A program made the translations under genes and the position numbers. From contig OU015569.1 of NCBI GenBank assembly GCA_907165135.1, positions 6,014,001 to 6,078,000 on the forward strand: a stretch of DNA of 64,000 nucleotides, written 5' to 3'. This document shows positions 35,184 to 47,414 of this stretch, in pieces. The number at the start of each line of letters is the position of its first letter. The first letter of the stretch is position 1. Under the pieces are notes generated by a model. That model was not told where the DNA came from. It did not search any database and was given only the letters and a program-made list of their open reading frames with translations. Source of the DNA: Oikopleura dioica (taxonomy: Eukaryota > Animalia > Chordata).

Positions 35184-38079
35184 TAAAGAAAAGGTTCTTG
35201 TATATAAAATATTCTCGAATAATATAAAAAGAGATGAGTTCAAAAATATGAATGCTGATAAAATCGAGTACGGAGGGAGCAACTCTCTGTTCGCCTCAGA
35301 ATTCTACCGCAAAACACATCGAGCGGTGGCGCGGTTATCGAAGCGACCGTGCCCGTGCTCGAGCCCCTCGACCCTTCCCTACCCACCCTGTGCTGCCAGA
35401 GCTGCCGAAAGGTCCTCTTCTGCGCTTCGGAGGGGAAGAAAAATGAAATTTTCGCCGCGCACTCGATCACTACTCAGCTTGAACGGTCAGCGGCACGTTT
35501 TTTCACTTTCCACGTTCTTTCAACATTGTAAGTTTTGGGATAAAGAGCCTCAGCCGTCCCGCAGAGCAGAACGGCGACTACCGGGTGGTGTCACCTACGT
35601 CGGGCTTTGATTGGGTGGAGGAGCTCAGACTTGCGCGACCAGTGTTGAACGTGCTAGCTGCTGATGTTCGTGCGAGGCCGGAGGGCCGAGTGCGCGCAAA
35701 GCACCACGCTGAGGAGCGTACACCACCGCCCACGCGGCACCTACACATAAGGGAGCAGTTGGTGCTCAGGTACCTCCACCATCACCACGCCGCCCAGCAC
35801 AAAACATCGGCACCATAAGCACCACCGCCAAATTACCGCACCCAAAGTACTAACACAAGTACCACTTGGTGCCAGCAGCGGCACTACCACCAACGCCCGC
35901 CCGAGCTCTACACACTTCAACAACTTCGAAACTCTCTTACATATCTCCTCTTGGCAGTTCATGGTCAATGTCAACATGAACAAAATTTCACTAATGGGCT
36001 TTCATTTTCTTTCTTTAAATTTTTCCTCCCGCAAAATAGAACCAACCAAAACATCCTTAATAGAACTCACTCTCGTTTCAATTTCAGTCAAAATTTTTTA
36101 AAGTTATGCTCGCATAGAACTTACTCTAAGAAGGTAGCTGAATGGTCAGATGTTTCGCTGACCTTTGGGTTTTTTTGTTTCACCACTTCGGAAAAGTCAT
36201 CAAGTTTCTCTCAAGGCGTTCAAACTGATAATCAGACGCGATTGTTGTTTTCGTTCGATTTTCTTTCGATTTTGGCTTTCTCTTGGGGTGTTCTATGTCT
36301 CTGGTGCTCGGACTCTGGCGCAAACAATGAAACTCTGGCGCGACAAGTGGCCGGCAGCTCTCTGAGGCACCAGCAGTAGCAGGGCGGTGGTGGTGGTGCT
36401 GCAGATAGCCGGATAGTGTAGAGAAGGCTACGGCCGGCCGAGCGGCGCTCGAGCCCCACCATTCTCTTCCTCCGGGCGGGGAGCACCACTATTCACTATT
36501 GAGGAGAGCCGCGCCGCACCCGCGCCACCGTACTAAAGCGGTGGCAACCAAGACCCTCCGCCAGTGTTAACCTAGCCCACACCGCGGAGAACTTTCAACG
36601 AACTTTCAACGCGAAAAATAGAACTTGTCCATTTAAGGCTGCACTGGTCACCCAAGTTAAACTTGGAGATATTTCATGAAGCCTCCATGAAAAATACTCA
36701 TAATTCATCACATTTTTATTTTAATTTTCCTTTTAAAGCTTTCCATTAGAAAAATTTTTGTTCTCAAAATTTTCTAACATCAAGAAAGAAAAATAACATT
36801 TTTGATATTCGGAGAATCACGCGCTTCACGAATATTTTGTGGCGCCGCGAAATGACATTTTTGCGGTCGACGAAATTCACTCTGCTTGAGAGACTTCTGG
36901 ATCTTTAGTGAAATTTTGAGGAATCAATCCGCGCTCAGGAATAACCTCTCAAGCATCACGAAATAGACGTTTTCGATCAAGACAAGGTCAAAGAGGGGCA
37001 AACCAAATTAGAACTTGTTCATGCGCCATGTTCTAGCTTTGACCGCGGGAGATTACGTCCTGTCGCAATATTTGGGCACCAGATAACACCAAGCCGCGAA
37101 AATGAAACCCATGCTTATCATTCAGTCTGCTTGACGTCTCCAAGCCTACCTTTGTTCTGGTTTCATACGAAAATGCTGCCACCAAAATACTCTTGCAACG
37201 CACGTCTTTTTGCTTTTCTGCACTATTTTATGTCTCTGAATTATCTATTCTGTCGGTTGTAATGTCCTCTATTTCGCACTCCTGGACGCCTGGTAGCCGA
37301 CGTCATAAAATGTTTTACGGTCATCCTTAGCGTAATGAACATCACAAGGAAATAATTATTTCGGAAAGGCAACGTTTATTAATATTGAGTATCACTTCTA
37401 GCGGCTGCCTAACCTTACGCGGGAGCCAATTAGTGCCATCATCCATCAAAATTCTTATGTTGCCTTACAAGAAAACCTTTCACATTTTTCACGTTTTCAC
37501 TTTTCGCCGCCTCACAAATAAATTTTCAGACATTTACCTTAAGGTATTTCGTGCCGCCTTCGCTGACGCCGTACGTTTTACTCATTCCAAGATCTCTCTG
37601 GCTTTCTGTTCTTCTCTTAACTTTGGGATTCACTTATTTCTTAATATTCTCTTCTCGCCTTGCCACGCTTAACCGTTTTGAAGGGTTTGGCTTTCCTGGG
37701 CGCACTGGATGAATTAGCAACCGTAGCGAACCGCGGTTTATCGCTCCGTTCAATTAGCGATTATTCTTCGCGTGCACCACCGCCGTTGTAGTCATTCTCC
37801 TGCTTTCTTTTTTTGCTTTTGAACTTTTGACACGGCTCCAGAATTTAGACGAGTGATGAATGGGTTCGCTTGTCAAATAATAAAATTATCGTCAGGTAGA
37901 GACAATCACGGACACCCGCCGAGACCTGATAAATGCAGGCTTATTAACGAGGCAATAGCGCTAATTGGTAGCTACGTAGCTGCAAACAATAACAATCTCT
38001 GACGTTCATATATATCACCTTGTTAGACTGCAAGTTTATTACGCACCTTTGCTCTGCTAACGTATGATTATGCTATCAG

Positions 38080-38447
38080 TTAGAAAGCACCTTCTGCAAC
38101 TGATTTGCAGCAATAGAAATTCAATATTTGCTTGTATCTTCCCAACACGATCGAGTGAGAAGAAGTCATTACTTCGAGATGAGAGAGAATAGCTCCAGCA
38201 ACTCTTTGATGGGCAAGTGAAACGGTATATATAAAGTCTAGATGTTGGATGTTTACATCAAACAAACGTAGTCTCGTGTCACGAATTACGATTCGCGGAT
38301 TCGGGTTTAGAATGAAAGTTGCATTGTAATCAGCACAAACGCGCGACTCTTCATGCCTAGTCGGCATTAATAGCACATACCACTGTTTGCACCAATATCA
38401 AATCTACCAGAGAACTCCCCAGGAATAAACCCGGCGTAGTGGTCCAT
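38080..38447 (-). CDS. Possible small two-exon orphan gene
   Basis: TTCAG-cga-ATG gives MDHYAGFIPGEFSGRFDIGANS. A GTATGT donor and a putative 32-nt intron put it in frame with ORF 38080-38376. I recognise no domain. Confidence 0.3.
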
Positions 38448-40278
38448 TCGCTGAATTTAAGCAAACTCAATTCGCGGAGACTCAACGATTGCTACTTCTA
38501 ACTCCAGCTTCTTTACTTTTCCTTTTCTTTCTTCAATTCTCGTCGCATAATAAGAAAAAATTAATAAACCCTGCTAAAATTGAATGAGCAATCTTCCTTG
38601 ATTTCAGCTATCTTACAATTATCAGAATGCTAACAGCTTACTCCTACAAAACATAGCATAATCAATTTTTCCTTTTTTACTTTTTGAAGACTGCGTTTTT
38701 CTTAATTGGCTTAGATTATTTCTCGTGTCTTATTTCTGAAAGTAGCTCTCAATTTGTGGTACAGATTCTTCACGGGAAATTCAGAATGAGAGAGAAAAAA
38801 TGTAATCTGATGAATCTACACCACAATATTGATCTAGTCAGCTCCAAATGGAAGCTCAGTCGACAATTTGAAATCTTATATTTTCTCGTTCGCGTTTAAG
38901 AAAGTCCAGAACACATTTTTGAATGTTAATTTATTGAGATGAAAAGAATACTTGAAATTGAATATTTTTGAAAGTGAGTTGAACTTGAAATTGAATTTAA
39001 GAAAGTCTTGGTCGCTTGGAAAGCGCCTGATGAGATGAGGTAGTCCGTTTTAGCGTGTTCTAAATTAGAATGTCATTATTTTCTGAAACATTTGAGGAGC
39101 TGTTCCCTTCTTTGTAAATATTTTTGAAGAGCGCGAATGAATCATTCAATGTCTTCCAAGTAATAAAGTATTTTGATTGTTACCTGAACAGGCGGTGGTG
39201 GTCGACTAACTCGAGGAGGTTGCCGCGTAGAATTATCAAGCAAGGGCAGTTGCTGGAAGTTCTTACTCGGTGGTGGATCCCCGAACGCCATTCCCTCCTT
39301 CTTTCCCGTTTCTTTCTCTCTCTTGCTCGTCGTTGTTTTGAGTTACCACAGACGCGGACGTTTGTGTTATCTTCGGATCGGAGTACAACGAAGCCGTTTC
39401 CTGTTTGTTCTTGTAAATATATTTTCTTTTTCTTTCGCGGATCAGCCGCAGCGCAGTCGGAGGCGACGGCTTTGCGCGACACGGCCAATCAACGAAAGGA
39501 AAAAATGAAAAAGCGAAATTGGACTGATCCTGCGCGTTTTGGGGACGGTGCCAAGAGTGAGCTCGCTCAGCCACGCAGCTCACGTTTGACTAGTTTTCTC
39601 TCTTTATTCTCGATTTTGTCGAAACTTTCATGGCGGCACTTGGATTCCCCTAAATTTTAGCACCTACTCGTCAAAAGCACGTAGATTTATTCCCAGGGAT
39701 TAAAGTCCACCTTGAAGTTCGGCAGCGCCTCAAAACCATTGTTTTGTTGCCTGAAAATGTATAAGTAATAAATAAAGTATGAAGAATTTATTTCATGTAA
39801 GAGGCTTAAACGATATAAGAGATAATAAGAAAAGGATATGTCTAAGCTACTTGATCTCATTGTCTAGTTATAGGAAACGTACTTATTTTAATCTCCAAGA
39901 ACAGCGCGAAAATCCATAGGCTTAGCCGCCAATTTGCCGATGCTGTGACTTGAAACCAGTGAAGTTTACCTGCTCGAACCTATTTTTTTCGCCAAACTGG
40001 TTTATAGTTGTTTTCGGTATTATCGAACTGTTGGTGTTCACAAGTGTTTGCGACAACAGTACAAGGAAAAGAAACTCTTCGTCACCGAATGAGTCTTCTG
40101 GTCTAGATGGGCTTTGATTCTGCCGAAATAAGGATATGGTGTGCTACACGTGAGGACGAATTAGGCACGCGCGTTTACTAGCAGATGATCGCAGATGCAG
40201 TTGTCGTTTCCCTCTTTATAAGCGACGCCGAAATCGGAAGAAGTATCATCCAGTTTTCAACGCACTGATCTGATAAAG

Positions 40279-41077
40279 ATGAAGTTGTCCAGTCTTCTCA
40301 TTCCTTTGGCTTCCGGTGAGAGACTTCCACTAACCACTTTTTTAATTTTCTAAAGCATTCATGGCGCTCGATCCAGAGATAACGACTTTGGAGCCACAGC
40401 TAGAAATGGAGACACAAGCGCCTACTGGCATACCGGCAACTGATGAATTCCATTTCATCGATGAGCAAGCTTTCTTTTCCTCTGAATCAACAACCAGTGA
40501 AACGACTGCGGCGACAACGACGCTCTACAATAATGACGGAAGTAAGAATTGAAACTCTGAATCTTTGTTGATGCCAAATTTTTCTTTCAGTTGTTGGCTT
40601 GAAGTTCGCGGGGGGCGGAAAAGGAGGTAAGAAATCTAAGAAGTCCAAGAAAACGCAAAAGAAGAATCCACAGAAAGAAAACGCCGTGGAGAACATTATG
40701 AAAATTCATGGAGATGAAGCGGCTCCAAGAAAAGATCACAAATGCGGGAACATTCCCTTGCCAGAGATCAAGGTACCTAATTTGTGAAATACTCTTATCA
40801 AAAAGGCATTAAGTGCGATGATTGTGAACAAGGTTACCCGCGATATAGAAGACCTTGCGGAGGACCAGAGGAAACAAAGGGTGTTTTTAAATGCCGAATA
40901 GAGTGTGGACCAGGTTTCAAAGTTTCAGGTAAATAGGTCTAGTATTCGCCAGATGATCAGCTCTTTTCAGCCGGATCTCCAAAGAAGATGAAATGTCTTG
41001 GAAAGCCTAACGAGCCAAAATTCTGGAAGGTACGACCGCAGACGCAAGGACACGTGATTCAGTGCGAACGAAAATAA
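40279..41077 (+). CDS. Secreted protein: signal peptide, Thr/Glu-rich stalk, basic linker, C-terminal sushi/CCP-like Cys domain
   Basis: MKLSSLLIPLAS signal-like start. GT-AG introns. The C-terminus reads CRIECGPGFKVSAGSPKKMKCLG...FW...IQCERK*, which has CCP-like Cys/Gly/Trp spacing. Confidence 0.72.
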
Positions 41078-41358
41078 GAAGAAATGAAGTAGTTCCTCGG
41101 CAATTTAGACGGGGAGCAACTAAAGCCGATGACCCTTCTACATTTTTCCTTGTCTTTGTATCAATAAACTCACATTACCTTGATACGTGAACAACAATTA
41201 CTTTCGTGCAAAATTACAGAAAAAATTAAGCGTCTCGCAGACGCCGACGGCGGGAGTCGAATCAACCGCTCGGATTGACCAGAACGGAGCGATGACGGTT
41301 ATAAAAAGCCAAAGCTTGTCAATTTACTCTCGATGTAGATTGTTAAGTTTACAGAATT

Positions 41359-42497
41359 ATGTCTCAGAGATCTACGTCTTCAGCTGATATCTATTCTGCG
41401 GGTAGCTTCTGGGATCAGTCTTTTGGATCGTATTTTAAATGGAAAATCATTTATATCATTAATTTTGCCGATTCTTATAAAATATTATTCAATCAGCCGA
41501 AAAAATACGAAAAAGACCGTTTTGCACTCAGCCCTGTCAATGAAGGAATAGACGAAAACAACAACTCCCAACAAGCGTCGCAACATTCCAGGTTTATACA
41601 AAAAAAAGTAGTATAACTTCAAGCGGCAGAATCTACCCTGCTAAAATAATATTTACAATTTTCTCTTTTTCGATAGCAATGAATCAATCTTTCACACATT
41701 GTCAATTTGCCATTTATTCGGCTTTTATTTAGTCAACGCGACACAATCGACGATTTTGACCGAAGTTTTGGAAGGTTTATGAATTTTTCCTCGCGAATAA
41801 CAATAACCAACAATTAGTATTTCATAGTCTCAAGAAACTTATAAAACCTTAAAAGGCTCGGAATACTTCGGAAGTCAGAAAAAAGAACAAACAGAAGAAG
41901 AGACACCTGGAGTGAGGTATCAGAAAATATATGATCTAACGATGTCCGTTATGGAACGTTACAAAGGACTAGGAGTAGTTCAACTTGGACGTTCTCGTGC
42001 TAAAACGAAGAAACTTAATGCTTTGATTAGTCCATTGGCTGCCGCCAGCCAAGAAAAGCAATTGAGCCAAGAGGAAGTGGAAGAAGTTGTAAGAGCTCGA
42101 CCATGTTGCATGCAGTTCGAAACGATCATTGTCAAGCAAGAGAACTTCGGCCCTTGGGAAGGTAATGTTCAGTTTTATTAATTAATTCAACAAGTTATTA
42201 ATTTTAGAAGGGAAAGGACCGTGTACTTTCCACGAGTTCTATTACAAGAGATGGCATGCAATGATCGCTGAAACAGCGCGCGAGCGAGAGCTTCGGCGCG
42301 GGGAGTCACCTTACCAGCGAAGCAAACGAAAGAAAAGAGAAAGAGAAGAACGAGAAGCCGTGGCGAAAAAGAAACACGCTCCTTTTCATGTGTACGACCC
42401 AGAAGTATACAAAGATAAGACTTACGTCCTTCCTCGTCGAAATCAGGCTGAAAGAAATTTCCTCCCTGTAAATGACGGTTCTTTTTTCTTCTGGTAA
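41359..42497 (+). CDS. Multi-exon orphan protein (basic, Cys/His-containing middle)
   Basis: ORFs 41359-, 41912- and 42261- join through GT-AG introns, for example PWE|EGKGPCTFHEFYYKRWHAMIAE. AATAAA at about 42528. The start is uncertain. Confidence 0.55.
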
Positions 42498-42647
42498 ATT
42501 TCTTGAATGTAACAATTTTTTCTTATCAATAAACTGTTGAAATAGAAGTGCCGCGTATATTTAATCAAATGTACAAAAGCAAAGTGGAAGGGTCAGTTGA
42601 TATTTGTCTAGTTTGGCATCGACTGAGGAAGTGTGTCACTGACAGCT

Positions 42648-45600
42648 TTACTGGGCAACGACGAGAACTCGTGATTTGCAAGTGACTTGGCCGTGATCGT
42701 TCTCGGCAATGATAGTGTACAGACCTCGGTCTTCCATCATACTTTCTTCTACCCTGAGCGAATATGAGTCGCCTACAATTTTCTTGGTCAACTTTCTCCA
42801 TTCAAAGTTTCTTACCGTCTTCATCAAGATAGACGCCAACTTCGGGATCGGCTTCGACATCGTCTTGGCCCAAGAGCCAAGTGACTTTGTCAGCGCCAGA
42901 TATCTTGAATCCATTAGTTTAAAATTTGAAATTAATAATACTATAGTTTGAAATTAAATGTATCAATATTTCAGTCTCTTACTTGTACTTCTATTCTAAA
43001 AGGATCACCCACAATGCATTCCACTGTTTTAGCTGGAGGTTCTATTATTTGAGGTCGTTTTGAGGTATCTGGTGAAGGCGACGGTTCCTTAGCCGCTGGG
43101 GGCTCAGGAGAGGCAATTTTCGGAGAATCTGTCTTTTTCTTCAAGGTTTCTCGGAAGTCTTTTTGCTCAGGAGCCATCTAAACGAGGAATTACTCCGCTT
43201 CGAAAAGCAACTGGTCTTGCCTTTTTCAGATCCTCTTGTTCGAGAGTCTTCGTGGAGACCTTCGTTTTTAATGACTTTCTGAAATCAACTTGTTCTCCTG
43301 TGTGTGCACGAATTTCATCTTGAGTGAGAGCTTTAGTTTGGACGCCTAAAGCAAAAATGAGTTTCAAAGAGCATTTTCACGCATTTACTATTTTTAAGCT
43401 GATTTCTGAAGTCAATTTGTCCTGCTTTACTGGTAGGCTTTGGAGCAGGTGGTGTCTTTGTTGATTTCTTCAACAGAGTTCGGAAATCTTTCTGGCCTGG
43501 CTCAGGCTCGACGGGCTCGGAACGGGGAGGAGCTGTTTTATTGGTTTTGAGGTTGCCACGGAAGTCATCCGTGTTTGAAGAAGCTAGGATTTGATTAGCG
43601 AGTTCTATTAAAATCTGAAGAATTTGCAAATAACACTGTGGACTCTAATCAAGGCTATTTGTTCACCTGCTGAATTTCTTACCTTCCTCGTTTATTATGA
43701 TAGTGAATGGGCAGGTAAGCTCGGCGTTAATATTCTGGGCTTTCACCTGTGCTTTCCCCTTTTCGCTAGCCTTCAGGGAAGCAATCTCCAAAGTGTACTC
43801 GATGACGTTATCCGACTTTTGGGCCTCCTTCAATGTGTACTCAGATGATGATCTTTTGATTTCCTTCGATTGAGTTTTTAATTTGTCAAGGTCAGAGTTT
43901 TAAGCCTAAAAATGAACTCGTTCCTTATTTCCGAGAATCCAAATAACTTCAGGCTTGGGATCCGCCTCGATTTCGCATTTAACGGATACTCGATCTCCAA
44001 TATTGACGGTGCCATTAATTTTCGGTCGAACATTAAATTTGGGCTCCATTCCAACCGGGACCACCTTAATATTTCATTTCTCGTTTCTCAAAGGTCGCTG
44101 TTTACCTTCAGCTCTGCGCTGCATGATAACGTTTCTTGTGCATTTGAAATTTCGATCTTGTAATTTCCTCCGTCATCTGGGAAAACTTCCTCGAATACGA
44201 GCGAAAAAGTTCTTTGGCTTCGCTCTCCCTCTGACTCGAGTCTGAACTCAGCGTCATCGGAATCGAAGTTAATTTCTCCAAGTGGCCCAAACCACTTGAT
44301 AGCATCCACGTTCGACGTTTTCACGCTCCATCTTACGCCAGTTTTACCTTTTAAAATGTTAGTTTTTGTTAGACGGAGTAAGTTACCATCGTCTACTTTG
44401 AGATCTTGAAGAGGCTCAATAAAGGATAAACTCGTTGATGGAACAACCTGCTCGTGATCTGTTTCTTCTTCTTCAACTGATGGTTCTTTCAATTCTAAAG
44501 AGAAGCTCTTCATCGCTTTGCCTGCAGAATTCTGGGCTTCGATTGTGTAGCTTCCAACATCATTGGTACCAAAGTTCTAAAATAGGATATCATTTTCTAA
44601 AAAGTTTTCAGTGAAAACTGATAGATTTATTGAAGCTTGTTTGGCTGTCCCTTATTCAGCCATAAAATAAAAGCCCCATACCTTGATTTTTATCACACTT
44701 GATCCATTGTCACTGGTTGATTCAATTTTTGCATCCTCGAAAAACCAGGTGACTGTGAAAAAAAGGTCAAAAAATATTTTAGAAAATTAAAAAACCTCTA
44801 GGTTCTGGAATACCATCGAAAGAGCAAGCCAAATCGATACTTGCACCGGCGTGTCTAGTTTGGTTATCTGGGTAGTTTGTGAATGATGGTTTTACTGGCT
44901 TTTTATTAACAGTCACAGTTGCGGTTGATTTATCAGATCCAGCTGAGTTGCTTATCTAAGTGAAGGAATAAACTCGTGGAAAATGATAGTATCCTACTTG
45001 AACGGAATATCTCCCAGCGTCATCTTGGCTAATGTTATCAAGCTGCAATCTTGGACTGCTGATGCTTAGACATTTTTCGCCCTTGAACCAGGAGTATTCT
45101 GGCTCCGGATTGCCACTTGCGGCTACTTCAAGTGATAAGCTGTCGCCTTCTTCCGCTGTCGTTTCATGCAGTCTCTCAGTAAAGTATGGGGCTTTCGATG
45201 CTGATTTTAGATTAAAATTAATCTTGTGTTCCACTTCTCCGCCAGGGCCGACAAGAAGTAGCACCGCGTAGTTTGGCGAATCTTCAGATGCTTCGTATTC
45301 TACAAATCCGGAATGTCCATCAATTGAAGCGGTAATTCTCTGTTCGTCTGTTACAATCAATGTCGCATGAGTTGCGTTCTCAGCTGAAAATTCGATTTGC
45401 ACAAGAGATCCAATTTGACAGTCAACTTCATCTGGCACAGATAAGAGCTTAGGGGGTTCTGCTGACATAATAACGTCAACTCGGCACTGCGATTCAGATG
45501 TTCCAAATTCATTCGTTACTTTTACAACATAATCGCCCGAATCCTCCTCGTTGACGTCTTTCAGAATAAGCCGGGTGAGGTCGTCATACTTATCAATAAT

Positions 45601-47414
45601 AGTCATGTTTTCATCATCGGCTTGGAAGACCTGATCGTTGTAAAGCCAATTAACATCGTATCCTGTTGGAGAATTGACATTTATTTCGAGCTGAAGGTCA
45701 TCTCCTTCTTTTATGGTCATATCTTCTAATTCTGAGATAACCGGAGGATTTCTTACTTCAGAGTCTTCTTCCACGCCGTTTTCGTAGGTTTCATTGGCGC
45801 TTTCTTCGACAGCGACTCGCTGTTCTTTCGTCGATGGCTTTCGCGATCCTTTTCTTCTGAGAGTACATTTTGTGAAAGAAGAACCGCGAGAGTCCTGAAC
45901 GGAAGCGACATACTCCCCGAAATCATTGCTAGTGACCTGCCGAATACGAATTTTAGCGAGTTGCCCAACTTGGCGAATAACAGTCGAACTCGGGAGTGGT
46001 CCTTCGTCAAGTGTCCATGCCACTTCGGCTTCGCTATCGAACTCGCATTGGAGCATTATGTATTCATCGATATCTGTCTCAATGTCTTCGAGTGGCTGTA
46101 AAACTCTAATAGCACTTTTAGAAACTGGAATTTGTTCCTGTTTTTCTGCTTCTTCATCATCGTTGTCGGAAACGGCGGACTCTTCACTAACAGAAGGACT
46201 CTCTTTTTCCTCTGACTCTGGCTCTGGTTCTGAGTCAAGTTCCTGTTCTTTTTCCGGCTCTGGCTCAAGAGATCTTTGTCTAAGTGAAGCAGGACTTGAT
46301 TCTTTTGACGAATTTTCCGAAGATTCATATTTTGGTGTTTCATTATATTCGACTGGTTCTGGCTCAGGGACAGACGCATGCTCAGGAGCTTTGAATCTTT
46401 CCTCCGTTTTGAGAGGAGTTGAGGAATGCACAGGCTTGGGAGATTCCTTGATTTCCGTTGTTGTTGTATTGCTTGGTGTGACATCTTGTTTGACCCGCGA
46501 GACTTCTGAGCGACGCCCCGCATGTGTTGATGGCTTTGGCAGAAATCCAACAGACGGGAGACGCGGGACCGCGCCTGCAGGTATCGTCGGATCGACTTTG
46601 ACTTTAAAAACGGTTTCTTCCAGTGCAGACGACGGTTGTGAAAGGTCTCCTGTAAAACCACCAACTTCTACAATGAGGTTGTGTTGTTGGCGACCTAGAG
46701 GGTTGCTCGCTTTCAACTGGTATCGTCCTGCGTCCTCTTTGGTAACATTGTTGATTGTTAGACTGTAAGTTAGGTCTTCGCCGTTAGACTCAATGGAGAT
46801 ACGATCCGAAGCTTCAAGTGCGACATTGTTCTTTTAAAAGTTTTGTTTTTTGAGCTCACATTCAGTATCAAAATTTTATTTCTTTGTATAGTTCAGTTTT
46901 TGCGCGATCCGCCGTGGTTAACGGTAATTCTATTTACTCAACAAAAAGTCAATACTGAATCTGCTCGAGTGATTCAAAACTATCCTTGACCCACGTCAAC
47001 TTCGGCGGTGGGTGGCCGTTCAATTTAGTAACCAGGTGCAACTGCTGGCCAGGATCGAGCTTAACATCTTTTGGTCTCAGCCTGAAACCAGGCCCCTTCT
47101 TCCGTTGGCTTGTATCTGTGTCTGAAGTTGAAATAATGTTAGGAGTACAGTTCGCAAAATGTCAACTAGTAAACAGCTCGCAGGTGTGTGACCACCGCAA
47201 CTGATAGTTTTAGTTCTCTACAAGTCTACAAAACCGCGTTCAAATAGTACCACTATTTGATTCTAGCAAGTTTTCTATCTGATGTTTTATTCCTCAAAAG
47301 CTCTCTTTATATAGGTCAGACAACTACCAGCGACCTTGGCGAATATTGAATACCTCTTAGATGGAGATATTGATATCTTCGTATATGGTTGCTGTCGAAG
47401 TTCCTACTGTCCAT
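42648..47414 (-). CDS. MYLK: Myosin light-chain-kinase-like Ig (I-set) protein with five DFRxxL actin-binding motifs; no kinase domain seen
   Basis: Multiple I-set Ig domains (for example DAGRYQLKASNPLG, DSGDYVVKVTNEFG, DRGLYTIIAENDHG) and an acidic PEVK-like region. The repeat QVDFRKSLKTKVSTKTLEQEDLKK closely resembles the vertebrate MYLK DFRxxL region (recalled). Stop at 42648. The start codon is tentative. Confidence 0.82.

Noticed and set aside
35128-35610. 160-aa plus-strand ORF
   Set aside because: It starts inside the MITE and crosses its TIR into GC-rich non-coding sequence, with no protein-like coherence.
45926-46768. 280-aa plus-strand Ser-rich ORF (and similar ones at 53127-53948, 15846-16262, 6245-6550)
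   Set aside because: These are antisense shadows of real coding exons (MYLK-like, plectin-repeat, TEP1, Lys-rich exon).
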